Positions 56,671-64,000 of a DNA stretch of 64,000 nucleotides are shown piece after piece (positions within the stretch are counted from its first letter, which is position 1; each line of letters opens with the position of its first letter). The position numbers and the translations under genes are program-made. This DNA is from Candidatus Latescibacterota bacterium. GTDB lineage: Bacteria > Latescibacterota > UBA2968. The notes under the pieces are model-generated. The model searched no databases, was not told where the DNA came from, and saw nothing but the letters and a program-made list of their open reading frames with translations. The DNA lies in contig OZ242311.1 in the NCBI GenBank assembly GCA_965207885.1, positions 416,001 to 480,000 of the forward strand, written 5' to 3'.

Positions 56671-57375
56671 ATGGCGATTGACACTATTGGTCCCTATGCC
56701 GTTCAACCCATCCGCGATTTTCTCTCGGGTTTCACGCCGGTCCAGAAGTCTGTCGTGGATGCCGATTGCGCCACGCTTACTTACGATATTCTCAACTGGT
56801 CCTTTGCGCCCGCGCAACCGCCGCCTTGTCCCAACAGCGTGTATGGTTCGCTGACTATTGGGCGCGAACATGGCGGCGCGTATCGCATCCGCCAGCAGAC
56901 CCACATTGCCGGCGAACCGACTATTTTTGAGGCGGATGTGATCTGCAACTCCGACGATACCCTCAAATCCTGGACGCTGTACACTTATCGCGCCGATGCC
57001 GAGGGCGAGCCGGTTCCGATTTCTGAACTGCGCGAAAGCTGGGAAAATAACAATGGTCATATCCAGTCGCGAGATGGTGCATATAAATACCGCGCGACGC
57101 GTCCGGTTTTCAGCCATTGGACACTCCCCCACATTTTGCTATGTGGAGGGCACTCCTTGCCAATGGAATTTGATCTGATTCAAGATCTGTCCCTTTTGCG
57201 CCCCAATCACAAGCTCGTTTCCGACGGGTCAGTTGAACTCTCTGTCGGCGCTTACGAAACTTTTGTTCAATCTGGCGAAGGCATCTTGCCCGTTCACTAT
57301 TTGCTGGATAAAGACCGCCGCCCACAGCTCATTACTTTCGGTCTCATTGCCTGGGCACTCACCGATATTTCATGA
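56671..57375 (+). CDS. Hypothetical protein
   Basis: 234-aa ORF co-oriented in the operon, overlapping coaD. Confidence 0.7.
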   Translation: MAIDTIGPYAVQPIRDFLSGFTPVQKSVVDADCATLTYDILNWSFAPAQPPPCPNSVYGSLTIGREHGGAYRIRQQTHIAGEPTIFEADVICNSDDTLKSWTLYTYRADAEGEPVPISELRESWENNNGHIQSRDGAYKYRATRPVFSHWTLPHILLCGGHSLPMEFDLIQDLSLLRPNHKLVSDGSVELSVGAYETFVQSGEGILPVHYLLDKDRRPQLITFGLIAWALTDIS

Positions 57376-57383
57376 GGAAAACG

Positions 57384-57875
57384 ATGAAAAAAGCCGTTTA
57401 TGCCGCCAGCTTTGATCCCGTTACCCACGGCCATCTGTGGGTTATTCAGGAGGCTGCAGAGCTTTTCGATCAGCTCGTTGTCGCTATTGGGATCAATCCG
57501 GATAAAGACTATACGTTTTCACTGGAGGATCGGCTCGGTCTGCTTTATGAAACCACGTCGCAGTTCGATAATGTCGCGGTGGCCAGTTACGAAAATCAAT
57601 TCCTGGTCAATTACGCACGCGGTATTGGCGCAGGTTATATTGTGCGGGGTATTCGCACGCAGAGCGACTATGAGTTTGAACGCAGGATGCGCTATATTAA
57701 CAGCGATCTGGACGATACGATTACGACTATTTTTTTGATGCCCCCGCGAGAGATTGCCGAGATTAGTTCCAGTTTTATCAAAGGGCTGGTGGGTCCCGAT
57801 GGCTGGCAAGATGTTGTGAGACGCTATGTTCCGGAACCCGTTTTTGAGAAATTTGTGGAGTATTTTGAGGGGTGA
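57384..57875 (+). CDS. coaD: Pantetheine-phosphate adenylyltransferase
   Basis: YAASFDPVTHGH, IVRGIR...DYEFE, ISSSFIK. Confidence 0.95.
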   Translation: MKKAVYAASFDPVTHGHLWVIQEAAELFDQLVVAIGINPDKDYTFSLEDRLGLLYETTSQFDNVAVASYENQFLVNYARGIGAGYIVRGIRTQSDYEFERRMRYINSDLDDTITTIFLMPPREIAEISSSFIKGLVGPDGWQDVVRRYVPEPVFEKFVEYFEG

Positions 57876-57882
57876 AAAGAAA

Positions 57883-60285
57883 TCAATTCACACTGAACAC
57901 CTCAGCCATTGGCTTGCGGGGACGTTTCATGAGGGCGGTTTCCAGTACCTGATCCATGTGCGATGCAAATACCAGTCTTATGTCTTTGCGCGCTGTGTCG
58001 GGTATTTCGCGTGCGTCTTTGCGGTTGTCTTCGGGTAAGATTACGGTTTTTACACCTGCGCGGTGTGCTGATAGGACTTTATCGCGTACGCCGCCGATGG
58101 GCAGTACTTTGCCGCGCAGTGTAATTTCGCCTGTCATTGCCACGTCTTTGCGGATGGGCCGATTGGTAAATACCGATGCGAGGACTGTGGCCATGGTAAT
58201 GCCTGCCGAGGGGCCGTCTTTGGGTACGGCACCTGCGGGTACGTGGACGTGTACATCCTGGTTTTTGTTAAACTGCGCGTTTAGCTCCAGTTCATGCCAG
58301 CGTGACCGCACATAGGTCATGGCTGCATGCGCGGATTCCTTCATTACGTCGCCGACCTGTCCGGTCAGATTTAACTCGCCTTTACCGGGTATGACTGTTG
58401 CTTCGACAAAGAGGACATCACCACCGGTAGATGTTACGGCCAGGCCAGCGGCGACGCCCACCTCGTGATCTTCTTCGGCTACTTCGTGGCGGAATTTTTG
58501 CGGTCCCAGATATTCGACGATGTTTTTTTGATGGATGTGTACGCGCCGTTTGCGGCCCTGGGCAAATTTGCGGGCTACTTTGCGCGCTACGGTTGCGATT
58601 TCGCGCTCCAGATTTCGCACCCCGGCCTCGCGGGTGTAGTGCTGGATGACTTCTTGCAGGGCGGCTTTGTCGAAGGATGCTTTTTGGGGGGTCAATCCGT
58701 GTTCTGAGATCTGGCGTTTGACCAGGTACCGGCGCGCAATTTCCATTTTTTCGGCTTCGGTATATCCCGATACTTCCAGTACTTCCATCCGGTCCATCAG
58801 TGCGGGTGGAATTGTGTGGAGTGAGTTGGCAGTGGCGAGGAATAAGACTTCTGAGAGGTCAAAGGCGACGTCGAGGTAGTGATCCACAAAGGTGTTGTTT
58901 TGTGCCGGGTCCAGGACCTCCAGCAGTGCTGCGGAGGGGTCGCCGCGAAAATCCGCGCCGAGTTTGTCGATTTCATCCAGCATAAATACGGGGTTTTTTG
59001 TGCCTGCGCGTCGCAGTCCCTGGATGATGCGTCCGGGCAGTGCGCCGATGTAGGTGCGGCGGTGCCCTCGAATTTCCGATTCGTCGCGGATGCCGCCCAA
59101 TGACATTCTGACAAATTCGCGGTTGAGTGCGCGTGCGACGGATTTGCCCAGTGATGTTTTTCCCGTGCCCGGGGGTCCGACCAGTAACAAGATAGGCCCT
59201 CGCATGTCGTCTTTTAATTGGCGGACGGAGAGGTACTCCAGGATGCGTTCTTTGGGTTTTTCCAATCCATAGTGGTCTGCGTTTAAGATGCGCTCGGCTT
59301 TTTTGATGTCTAATTGATCGCTTGTCTTTTTGTTCCAGGGGAGTTCGACGAGCCAGTCCAGATAGGTGCGCGATACGGTGTATTCGGCGGAGGCTTCGGG
59401 CATGCGTGCCATGCGTTTTAGTTCGCGCTCGGCTTCTGTTTTTGCTTCTGCGGACATGCCAGCGGCTTTGATCTTTTCGCGCAGTTCTTCGATTTCGGCG
59501 CCGATGTCCTCTCCTTCGCCCAGTTCATCTTGAATTGCCCGCAGTTGCTGGCGCAAAAAGTATTCTTTTTGTGCATCTTCCATGGATCCCGCAGCTTCTG
59601 AACTGATTTTTTCCCGCAGTTCCAGTATTTCAACTTCGCGATTTAGAAATTGATTGATGGCTTCCAATCGTCGGTACAGATTGCGCTCGGTTAGTATTTT
59701 TTGTTGGTCTTCAAATCCCACGTTGAGTTGTGAGGCGATGAAGTCTGCCTTGTGGGTTATTTCTGAGAGGGCGTCTAAGGCTTCCCCGACTTCTCGAGGT
59801 ACATTGGGGGCGAGTGCTACTGCTTTTTTGAACTGGCCGAATATATTGCGCGCGAGCGCTTCCAATTCTGTGTTGTGTTCTATGTCTGATGCTATTTTTT
59901 CGACTTGCGCTATGGGATGAGGTTGCGATTGCAATACATCTATGAGCGATAGTCGCGCCATGCCCTGTACGAGTACTTGCATGCGGCCGTCGGGCATTTC
60001 CGCTGATCGCGCAATGTAGATTGCCGTGCCTACGGGATATAGAGACTCCCGGCGGATGTCTTCTTCGGTATCGCTTTCTTCCAGTTCTCCAAAGATGGCG
60101 AGTACCTTGTGCCCGGCGTCTATTGCCGCTTGCGCGGCTTTGACTGCGCGTTCGTCTTCCAATAGCAAGGGGGCGGCCATGAGGGGATAGATCACCACTT
60201 CAGATGTTACCAGCATGGGCAATTCAGATGGGATGCTATACGCTTCGATTGCGTTTACGCTTGTGAGAGGGTTGTCGTTTGACAT
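57883..60285 (-). CDS. lon: ATP-dependent Lon protease
   Basis: LON N-domain, GPPGTGKTS, RGHRRTYIGALPG, PKDGPSAG, PIGGVRDK. Confidence 0.97.
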   Translation of the reverse strand: MSNDNPLTSVNAIEAYSIPSELPMLVTSEVVIYPLMAAPLLLEDERAVKAAQAAIDAGHKVLAIFGELEESDTEEDIRRESLYPVGTAIYIARSAEMPDGRMQVLVQGMARLSLIDVLQSQPHPIAQVEKIASDIEHNTELEALARNIFGQFKKAVALAPNVPREVGEALDALSEITHKADFIASQLNVGFEDQQKILTERNLYRRLEAINQFLNREVEILELREKISSEAAGSMEDAQKEYFLRQQLRAIQDELGEGEDIGAEIEELREKIKAAGMSAEAKTEAERELKRMARMPEASAEYTVSRTYLDWLVELPWNKKTSDQLDIKKAERILNADHYGLEKPKERILEYLSVRQLKDDMRGPILLLVGPPGTGKTSLGKSVARALNREFVRMSLGGIRDESEIRGHRRTYIGALPGRIIQGLRRAGTKNPVFMLDEIDKLGADFRGDPSAALLEVLDPAQNNTFVDHYLDVAFDLSEVLFLATANSLHTIPPALMDRMEVLEVSGYTEAEKMEIARRYLVKRQISEHGLTPQKASFDKAALQEVIQHYTREAGVRNLEREIATVARKVARKFAQGRKRRVHIHQKNIVEYLGPQKFRHEVAEEDHEVGVAAGLAVTSTGGDVLFVEATVIPGKGELNLTGQVGDVMKESAHAAMTYVRSRWHELELNAQFNKNQDVHVHVPAGAVPKDGPSAGITMATVLASVFTNRPIRKDVAMTGEITLRGKVLPIGGVRDKVLSAHRAGVKTVILPEDNRKDAREIPDTARKDIRLVFASHMDQVLETALMKRPRKPMAEVFSVN

Positions 60286-60421
60286 GATCAGATGCTCCTT
60301 GGAATGATTAGATATCAGCCATCAGCTATCAGCAAATCAGGTGCTGTACTTGAAAGCCGCGATCCAGAAGGTTTTTTCTGACTGATGACCGCTTTGGTAT
60401 ATCAAACTTTACTATTTTTTA

Positions 60422-60437
60422 AGCAATATCCGTGCCT
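60422..60437 (-). promoter_or_regulatory. Sigma54 -24/-12 promoter of lon
   Basis: Minus strand AGGCACG-GATA-TTGCT (GG-N10-GC), with an AT-rich tract immediately upstream. Confidence 0.7.
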
Positions 60438-60576
60438 GAAATTTTAAATTTAGCTAATTACTTTATTTACAACTAAATACTAATTTTTGTTCCAATATTT
60501 AATCTGAGAAGTGCCGATTTTGCTACCCGATTTCAGTCAGAATGGCAGTTTTTACGACTATTGAGACAGATCTTTT

Positions 60577-60694
60577 GTGGATGTGCGCGTGGTTGTAGCG
60601 ACGAACAGAAGGGAACCAGGTCCGCGCGGCCGCGCTTCTGGGGATCTCGAGAATGGTCTTGAGATATAGGATAAAAAAGTGCGGATTGGATTGA
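60577..60694 (+). pseudogene. Collapsed relic of a sigma54 enhancer-binding protein gene
   Basis: VDVRVVVATNR joined out of frame to GNQVRAAALLGISRMVLRYRIKKCGLD* (Fis HTH). Confidence 0.75.
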
Positions 60695-60700
60695 TAGGGA

Positions 60701-60760
60701 ACCACAGATGAACGCAGATGAACACAAGATGAAAAGCGGGGAAAGCAACCACAGAAAAAA
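60701..60760. repeat. Short tandem repeat (acagatgaac-type)
   Basis: accacagatgaac gcagatgaac acaagatgaaa. Confidence 0.5.
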
Positions 60761-61011
60761 CGCGAATGAGTGGGGTACAACTGGCAATAGCCAGTTCATT
60801 TGAGTGTTTTACGCAGATGAAAGGGAAGCAACAATGGATCAGCCTTCAAGTTCAGCAATACAGAGACCCCTTGATGCCGTATAGAATCATTACGGTGCAT
60901 GCTTTGACGGTCTCGTTCAATTTTGAAGTCACACATCGCGTTGGTTTGAATCAGAAACAGCCTCTCTTTTGATGCCATGAATTTTCAGCGATGGCGGATT
61001 AACTTTGCACA

Positions 61012-61395
61012 TTATGTTGTGTCAGTCTGTCGTGCTACAGAGGATGCAATCAGCGGTTCTATCTCCCGCTCAATTTGGCGACGTACCGTGTGCTCGGCGA
61101 CATCGAGATCGTAGCGGGTCTGAAGATTGATCCAGAACTCAGGCGTCATGCCAAAGTAGTGACCAAGGCGTAGCGCGGTATCGATTGTAATTCCATTAAT
61201 TCCATTCACGATAGTGTCTAAGTCCTTTTCCGAAACCTTGATCCCTTGAGCAAGGCGATCCACACTGAGATTCATCGGAATAAGGAACTCATCGCGCAGG
61301 ATCTCGCCAGGATGTACCGGAGACAGTAGCTGTCCGGTTGTGACTTCCGAGAAGTCAACTTTTCGCCGGTCCAGTTCTTCGCGTTTAATGGTTAT
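61012..61395 (-). CDS. higA: HigA antitoxin (HTH); apparent ATA start at 61395 (ORF track starts at 61275)
   Basis: In-frame upstream extension ITIKREELD...PVHPGEILRDEFL; SD GAGGAG 7 nt before ATA; ALRLGHYFGMTPEFWINLQ. Confidence 0.85.
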   Translation of the reverse strand: MTIKREELDRRKVDFSEVTTGQLLSPVHPGEILRDEFLIPMNLSVDRLAQGIKVSEKDLDTIVNGINGITIDTALRLGHYFGMTPEFWINLQTRYDLDVAEHTVRRQIEREIEPLIASSVARQTDTT

Positions 61396-61406
61396 CTTTT
61401 ATCTCC

Positions 61407-61688
61407 TCAATGATAATCAACGATCTCGACTTCCCATGATTCACCATCGCGCCAAACGAAGCAGATGCGCCATCGGTCATTGACGCGAATACTATATTGC
61501 CCTCTACGATCAGCTCGCAAAGCCTCGAGACGATTGCCAGGTGGAGTAAGCAGGTCGTTGAGCCGATTAGCAGCATCAATTGCCAGCAGCTTCGCCCGCG
61601 CTCGTTGCTGGAGTTGCAGAGGCAGGCCGCGAACAGCATGTCCCGCAAAGATAGCTGCGGTGCGCTTGTCTGCAAAACTCTTGATCAT
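61407..61688 (-). CDS. higB: HigB/RelE-family toxin
   Basis: MIKSFADK...PPGNRLEAL..DR.GQYSIRVNDRWRICF.W...EVEIVDYH. Confidence 0.93.
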   Translation of the reverse strand: MIKSFADKRTAAIFAGHAVRGLPLQLQQRARAKLLAIDAANRLNDLLTPPGNRLEALRADRRGQYSIRVNDRWRICFVWRDGESWEVEIVDYH

Positions 61689-62039
61689 GCGTTAACGTAA
61701 TGATAAATGGCTGGCGAGTGACATCTATTCCCTGCTTCCAAAATGAATTTGGGGATCAACCGCAATCCTGCCTCGATAATTTCCATTGTCCATATCGCTT
61801 AGACTCCAATTTAACGATGCACAATGAATAATATTTCAATAACGGTGCGAACGCAATCAGCCCGATGTGCCCGGCATTAAGGATGCGTTGTCCAGCCAGT
61901 TCACTCAGGAAAGTACCGCATAAAAAGAAAAAAGTCAATGCGCCAAGCAGTACTCGGTACCGATGAGGCTCCGTTCAACCCAGGAATGACCTCCGCAACA
62001 AGGCACTGAACGTACGTAACCGAGTAGTCTGACCCGCGG

Positions 62040-63170
62040 TCATTTTTTCTGTCCAGTCGCCAGCAGCGAGTCCCAAGAGACCGACGTTTCCTTGCCGGTC
62101 ACCCTCAATTTGTATGTTTCCCAGTACTCGGTATCGCCATTGTCCAGGTTAAATTTCGCCTCGAAGTTTATGTCGACCTCGTAAGCCAACCCCGAGGTCT
62201 CGCCCTCGTCAATGATCACCCGGGCCACTTTGGCCAGCGCAAATGCTCTTTCGATGTTGGCCATCGCCTGCATTCCTTCCTCGCCCACATTCGTTTCGAA
62301 GTACCGCCAACGACCGAATGTGTGTCTTGCCCTCTTCAATTCGTCCTCAATCTCGGCGAAGTCCGCCTTCAATCTCGTTTTGCTGTCTTCCGGCAGGTCC
62401 TTGTACAGTTCCAGAAGGTCGTGAGTCTTTCTCGCTTCGTCCAGGCGCGTGATCAGGATCGCCTTCAGTGCCAGCTCGCAGGCGAACGCCGCAGTCATTC
62501 CCGCCGTCATGAGCAAACCCATTCTCTGCATCAGCACCTGCTCCGACAATTTTTGGGACTTACCCACGGTCTTTCCCGACACGCGCATTTCGGAAAGATC
62601 ATCCGCCACATCGACGTCTGAAATGTGTGGCTTCTGGAAGTCATAATCCGATATTCGGACTAACGACATTTCACGGGGAAGGCTCTCTATCCCGGCCATA
62701 AACGCACTGGCCTGAAGATAAAGGTATCCGGCCTCTCCCTTTGGGAAATCATGCCGACTTAGCCTGTTTTTTTTGCGTCCTTCTGCCATCTTCGCAGCGA
62801 CGCGCCTGTTGAAATATGCCTTATCGCGCTCCATGTCCGGCAGAACCTTGAGCACGAATTTCGCATCCTCGCGGTACTTCGCGGGCAGGCCCCGTCGCAC
62901 CTTCGGCAGATTATCGACTATCTCTCGACGCATTCTTTCCATCTCGTGATTCGCCTCTTCGCCCTTGACGGATCTCCCGCATATCTGACATTCGATGCTG
63001 GTCCACCTGATGTTTCCGTCTAGCTGTCCGACCAGTCGCCCCCAGCAATTTGTGCATCTTCCTTTTATAGCAGCCGCGGCCGCCTCGCCTGCGGAGTGCT
63101 CGTCGAAGTCCACCCACCAATCTATTTTGACGGTTGCTTCGTTTGTTGTCTTTTTTATAACTTCCTCCAA
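62040..63170 (-). CDS. Hypothetical protein with N-terminal Zn ribbon and C-terminal HEPN-like domain
   Basis: CTNC...CQIC; AFACELALKAIL...KTHDLLELY...WRY. Confidence 0.65.
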   Translation of the reverse strand: MEEVIKKTTNEATVKIDWWVDFDEHSAGEAAAAAIKGRCTNCWGRLVGQLDGNIRWTSIECQICGRSVKGEEANHEMERMRREIVDNLPKVRRGLPAKYREDAKFVLKVLPDMERDKAYFNRRVAAKMAEGRKKNRLSRHDFPKGEAGYLYLQASAFMAGIESLPREMSLVRISDYDFQKPHISDVDVADDLSEMRVSGKTVGKSQKLSEQVLMQRMGLLMTAGMTAAFACELALKAILITRLDEARKTHDLLELYKDLPEDSKTRLKADFAEIEDELKRARHTFGRWRYFETNVGEEGMQAMANIERAFALAKVARVIIDEGETSGLAYEVDINFEAKFNLDNGDTEYWETYKLRVTGKETSVSWDSLLATGQKK

Positions 63171-63213
63171 ACCTTCGTTTGTCCACTTTATGCGCGGCGT
63201 CTGTTTTTCGCGT

Positions 63214-63245
63214 CCATCTTGACGGCTCCTGCGCCGTCAAGATGG
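63214..63245. other. Perfect 13-bp hairpin upstream of the HEPN-like gene
   Basis: ccatcttgacggc-tcctgc-gccgtcaagatgg. Confidence 0.7.
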
Positions 63246-63445
63246 TGTTACCTTACCGCTCTTATCCTATGCGATATCAATTGCGGTCGGTCTCCGAAGG
63301 AAAGAATAATTCCGCCATCATACGCAAGCCAATTTGGAGCCGAAGAGAAAACATCCTCTGATGATTTTGGCATCGTACAAATTATCGGTAGAGTTATCTT
63401 ACCTACAGGATTTTTAATTTCCTTATTTTTCATTAATTTTTTTAA

Positions 63446-64000
63446 AGTACACGACAAAAAATAAAAGACCTGTGCAAAACGTGAAAAAGAGTTAGGTTTG
63501 AATGTGTGAAAACGAACCTTCTCATCTCAACAAGGCACAGGTCTATGTCTCGTCAAGTTATACAACTTCACCATGTATTGCAAGGCCATTTTGGGTGGCA
63601 TAAAGCACGCATCACTTTCACAGCGGCCTTCATCTTGTCTTTGGTCAAGCTGAGCAGGGTCAACTTCGCCAAATTGGCTAATGCGCTAAATGGACAGGTC
63701 AAACCGCAATCAAATTACCGCAGGATACAGCGTTTTTTCGCTGAGTTTGACATTCCTTATGAAGCCGTGACGCGACTGATCTTGCACTTATTACCTATAA
63801 AGACCGATTTTGCAGTCTCAATAGATCGCACTAATTGGAAGTTAGGCAAATTCAATATCAACATCCTAACCGCAGGCATTATCTATGAAGGGGTCGCCTT
63901 TCCTATGTGTTGGCACTTGTTAAAAAAACGAGGCAATTCCAATAGTGATGAGCGTATCAATTTGATGAAACAGGTGCTTACGCGCATTCCCAAGTCTCAT
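63446..64000 (+). mobile_element. IS4-family insertion sequence (ISPepr1-like), left part
   Basis: Putative left end gtacacgacaaaaa at 63447-63460, followed by a transposase. Confidence 0.75.
63545..64000 (+). CDS. IS4-family DDE transposase, 3'-partial
   Basis: Hand translation MSRQVIQLHH...VNFAKLA...SNYRRIQRFF...SIDRTNWKLGKFNINIL...KRGNSNSDER runs off the window end. Confidence 0.9.
   Translation, partial: MSRQVIQLHHVLQGHFGWHKARITFTAAFILSLVKLSRVNFAKLANALNGQVKPQSNYRRIQRFFAEFDIPYEAVTRLILHLLPIKTDFAVSIDRTNWKLGKFNINILTAGIIYEGVAFPMCWHLLKKRGNSNSDERINLMKQVLTRIPKSH

Noticed and set aside
60-60000. Long antisense/alternative-frame ORFs (e.g. 60-974, 2765-3694, 11943-13184, 20553-21437, 37371-38216, 51494-52711)
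   Set aside because: They are shadows of well-supported genes on the other strand, with biased composition and no motifs.
60796-60978. 60-aa minus ORF downstream of higA
   Set aside because: No SD, motif or recognisable homology.
61756-61938. 60-aa minus ORF between higB and the HEPN-like gene
   Set aside because: May be another gene relic, but I could not assign it to a family with confidence.
1-64000. CRISPR array, tRNA, rRNA
   Set aside because: No regularly spaced identical repeats and no recognisable structural RNA signatures were seen by eye.

Overview
Bacterial chromosomal window. Its gene repertoire (PQQ-propellers, GWxTD-TPR protein, sulfatases, PhyH dioxygenases, heptameric intergenic repeats) suggests a Latescibacterota/Gemmatimonadota-like environmental bacterium; this is inference only. 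The left arm (1-16.5 kb) holds metabolic genes (glgC) and an envelope cluster (GWxTD-TPR, a 910-aa secreted protein, TonB-dependent receptor, DUF4249 lipoprotein). The centre (16.5-40.2 kb) is a minus-strand type I restriction-modification defence island: fic, hsdM, zeta-like ATPase pair, DUF488 pair, TA remnants, hsdS, two unknown genes, a Schlafen/AlbA_2 fusion, an hsdS relic, HNH-type Lamassu (ABC-3C), hsdR, vapBC and an orphan. The cargo is separated by many short diverged relics of neighbouring genes (hsdM tail, hsdS half, DUF488 tail, YhcG motifs, VapB tail, RES head). A 33-55 bp promoter-like motif occurs three times, and two copies bracket the island. No integrase is present, so the locus looks like a recombinational cassette-exchange hotspot that records its own history. 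The right arm holds catabolic genes, an NtrC-type two-component system, a small TA cluster, a sulfated-glycan cluster, coaD, lon (with a sigma54 promoter and a collapsed activator relic), higBA, a Zn-ribbon/HEPN-like gene and a partial IS4 transposase. No rRNA, tRNA or CRISPR array was recognised. All family calls come from motif recognition by eye, not database searches.
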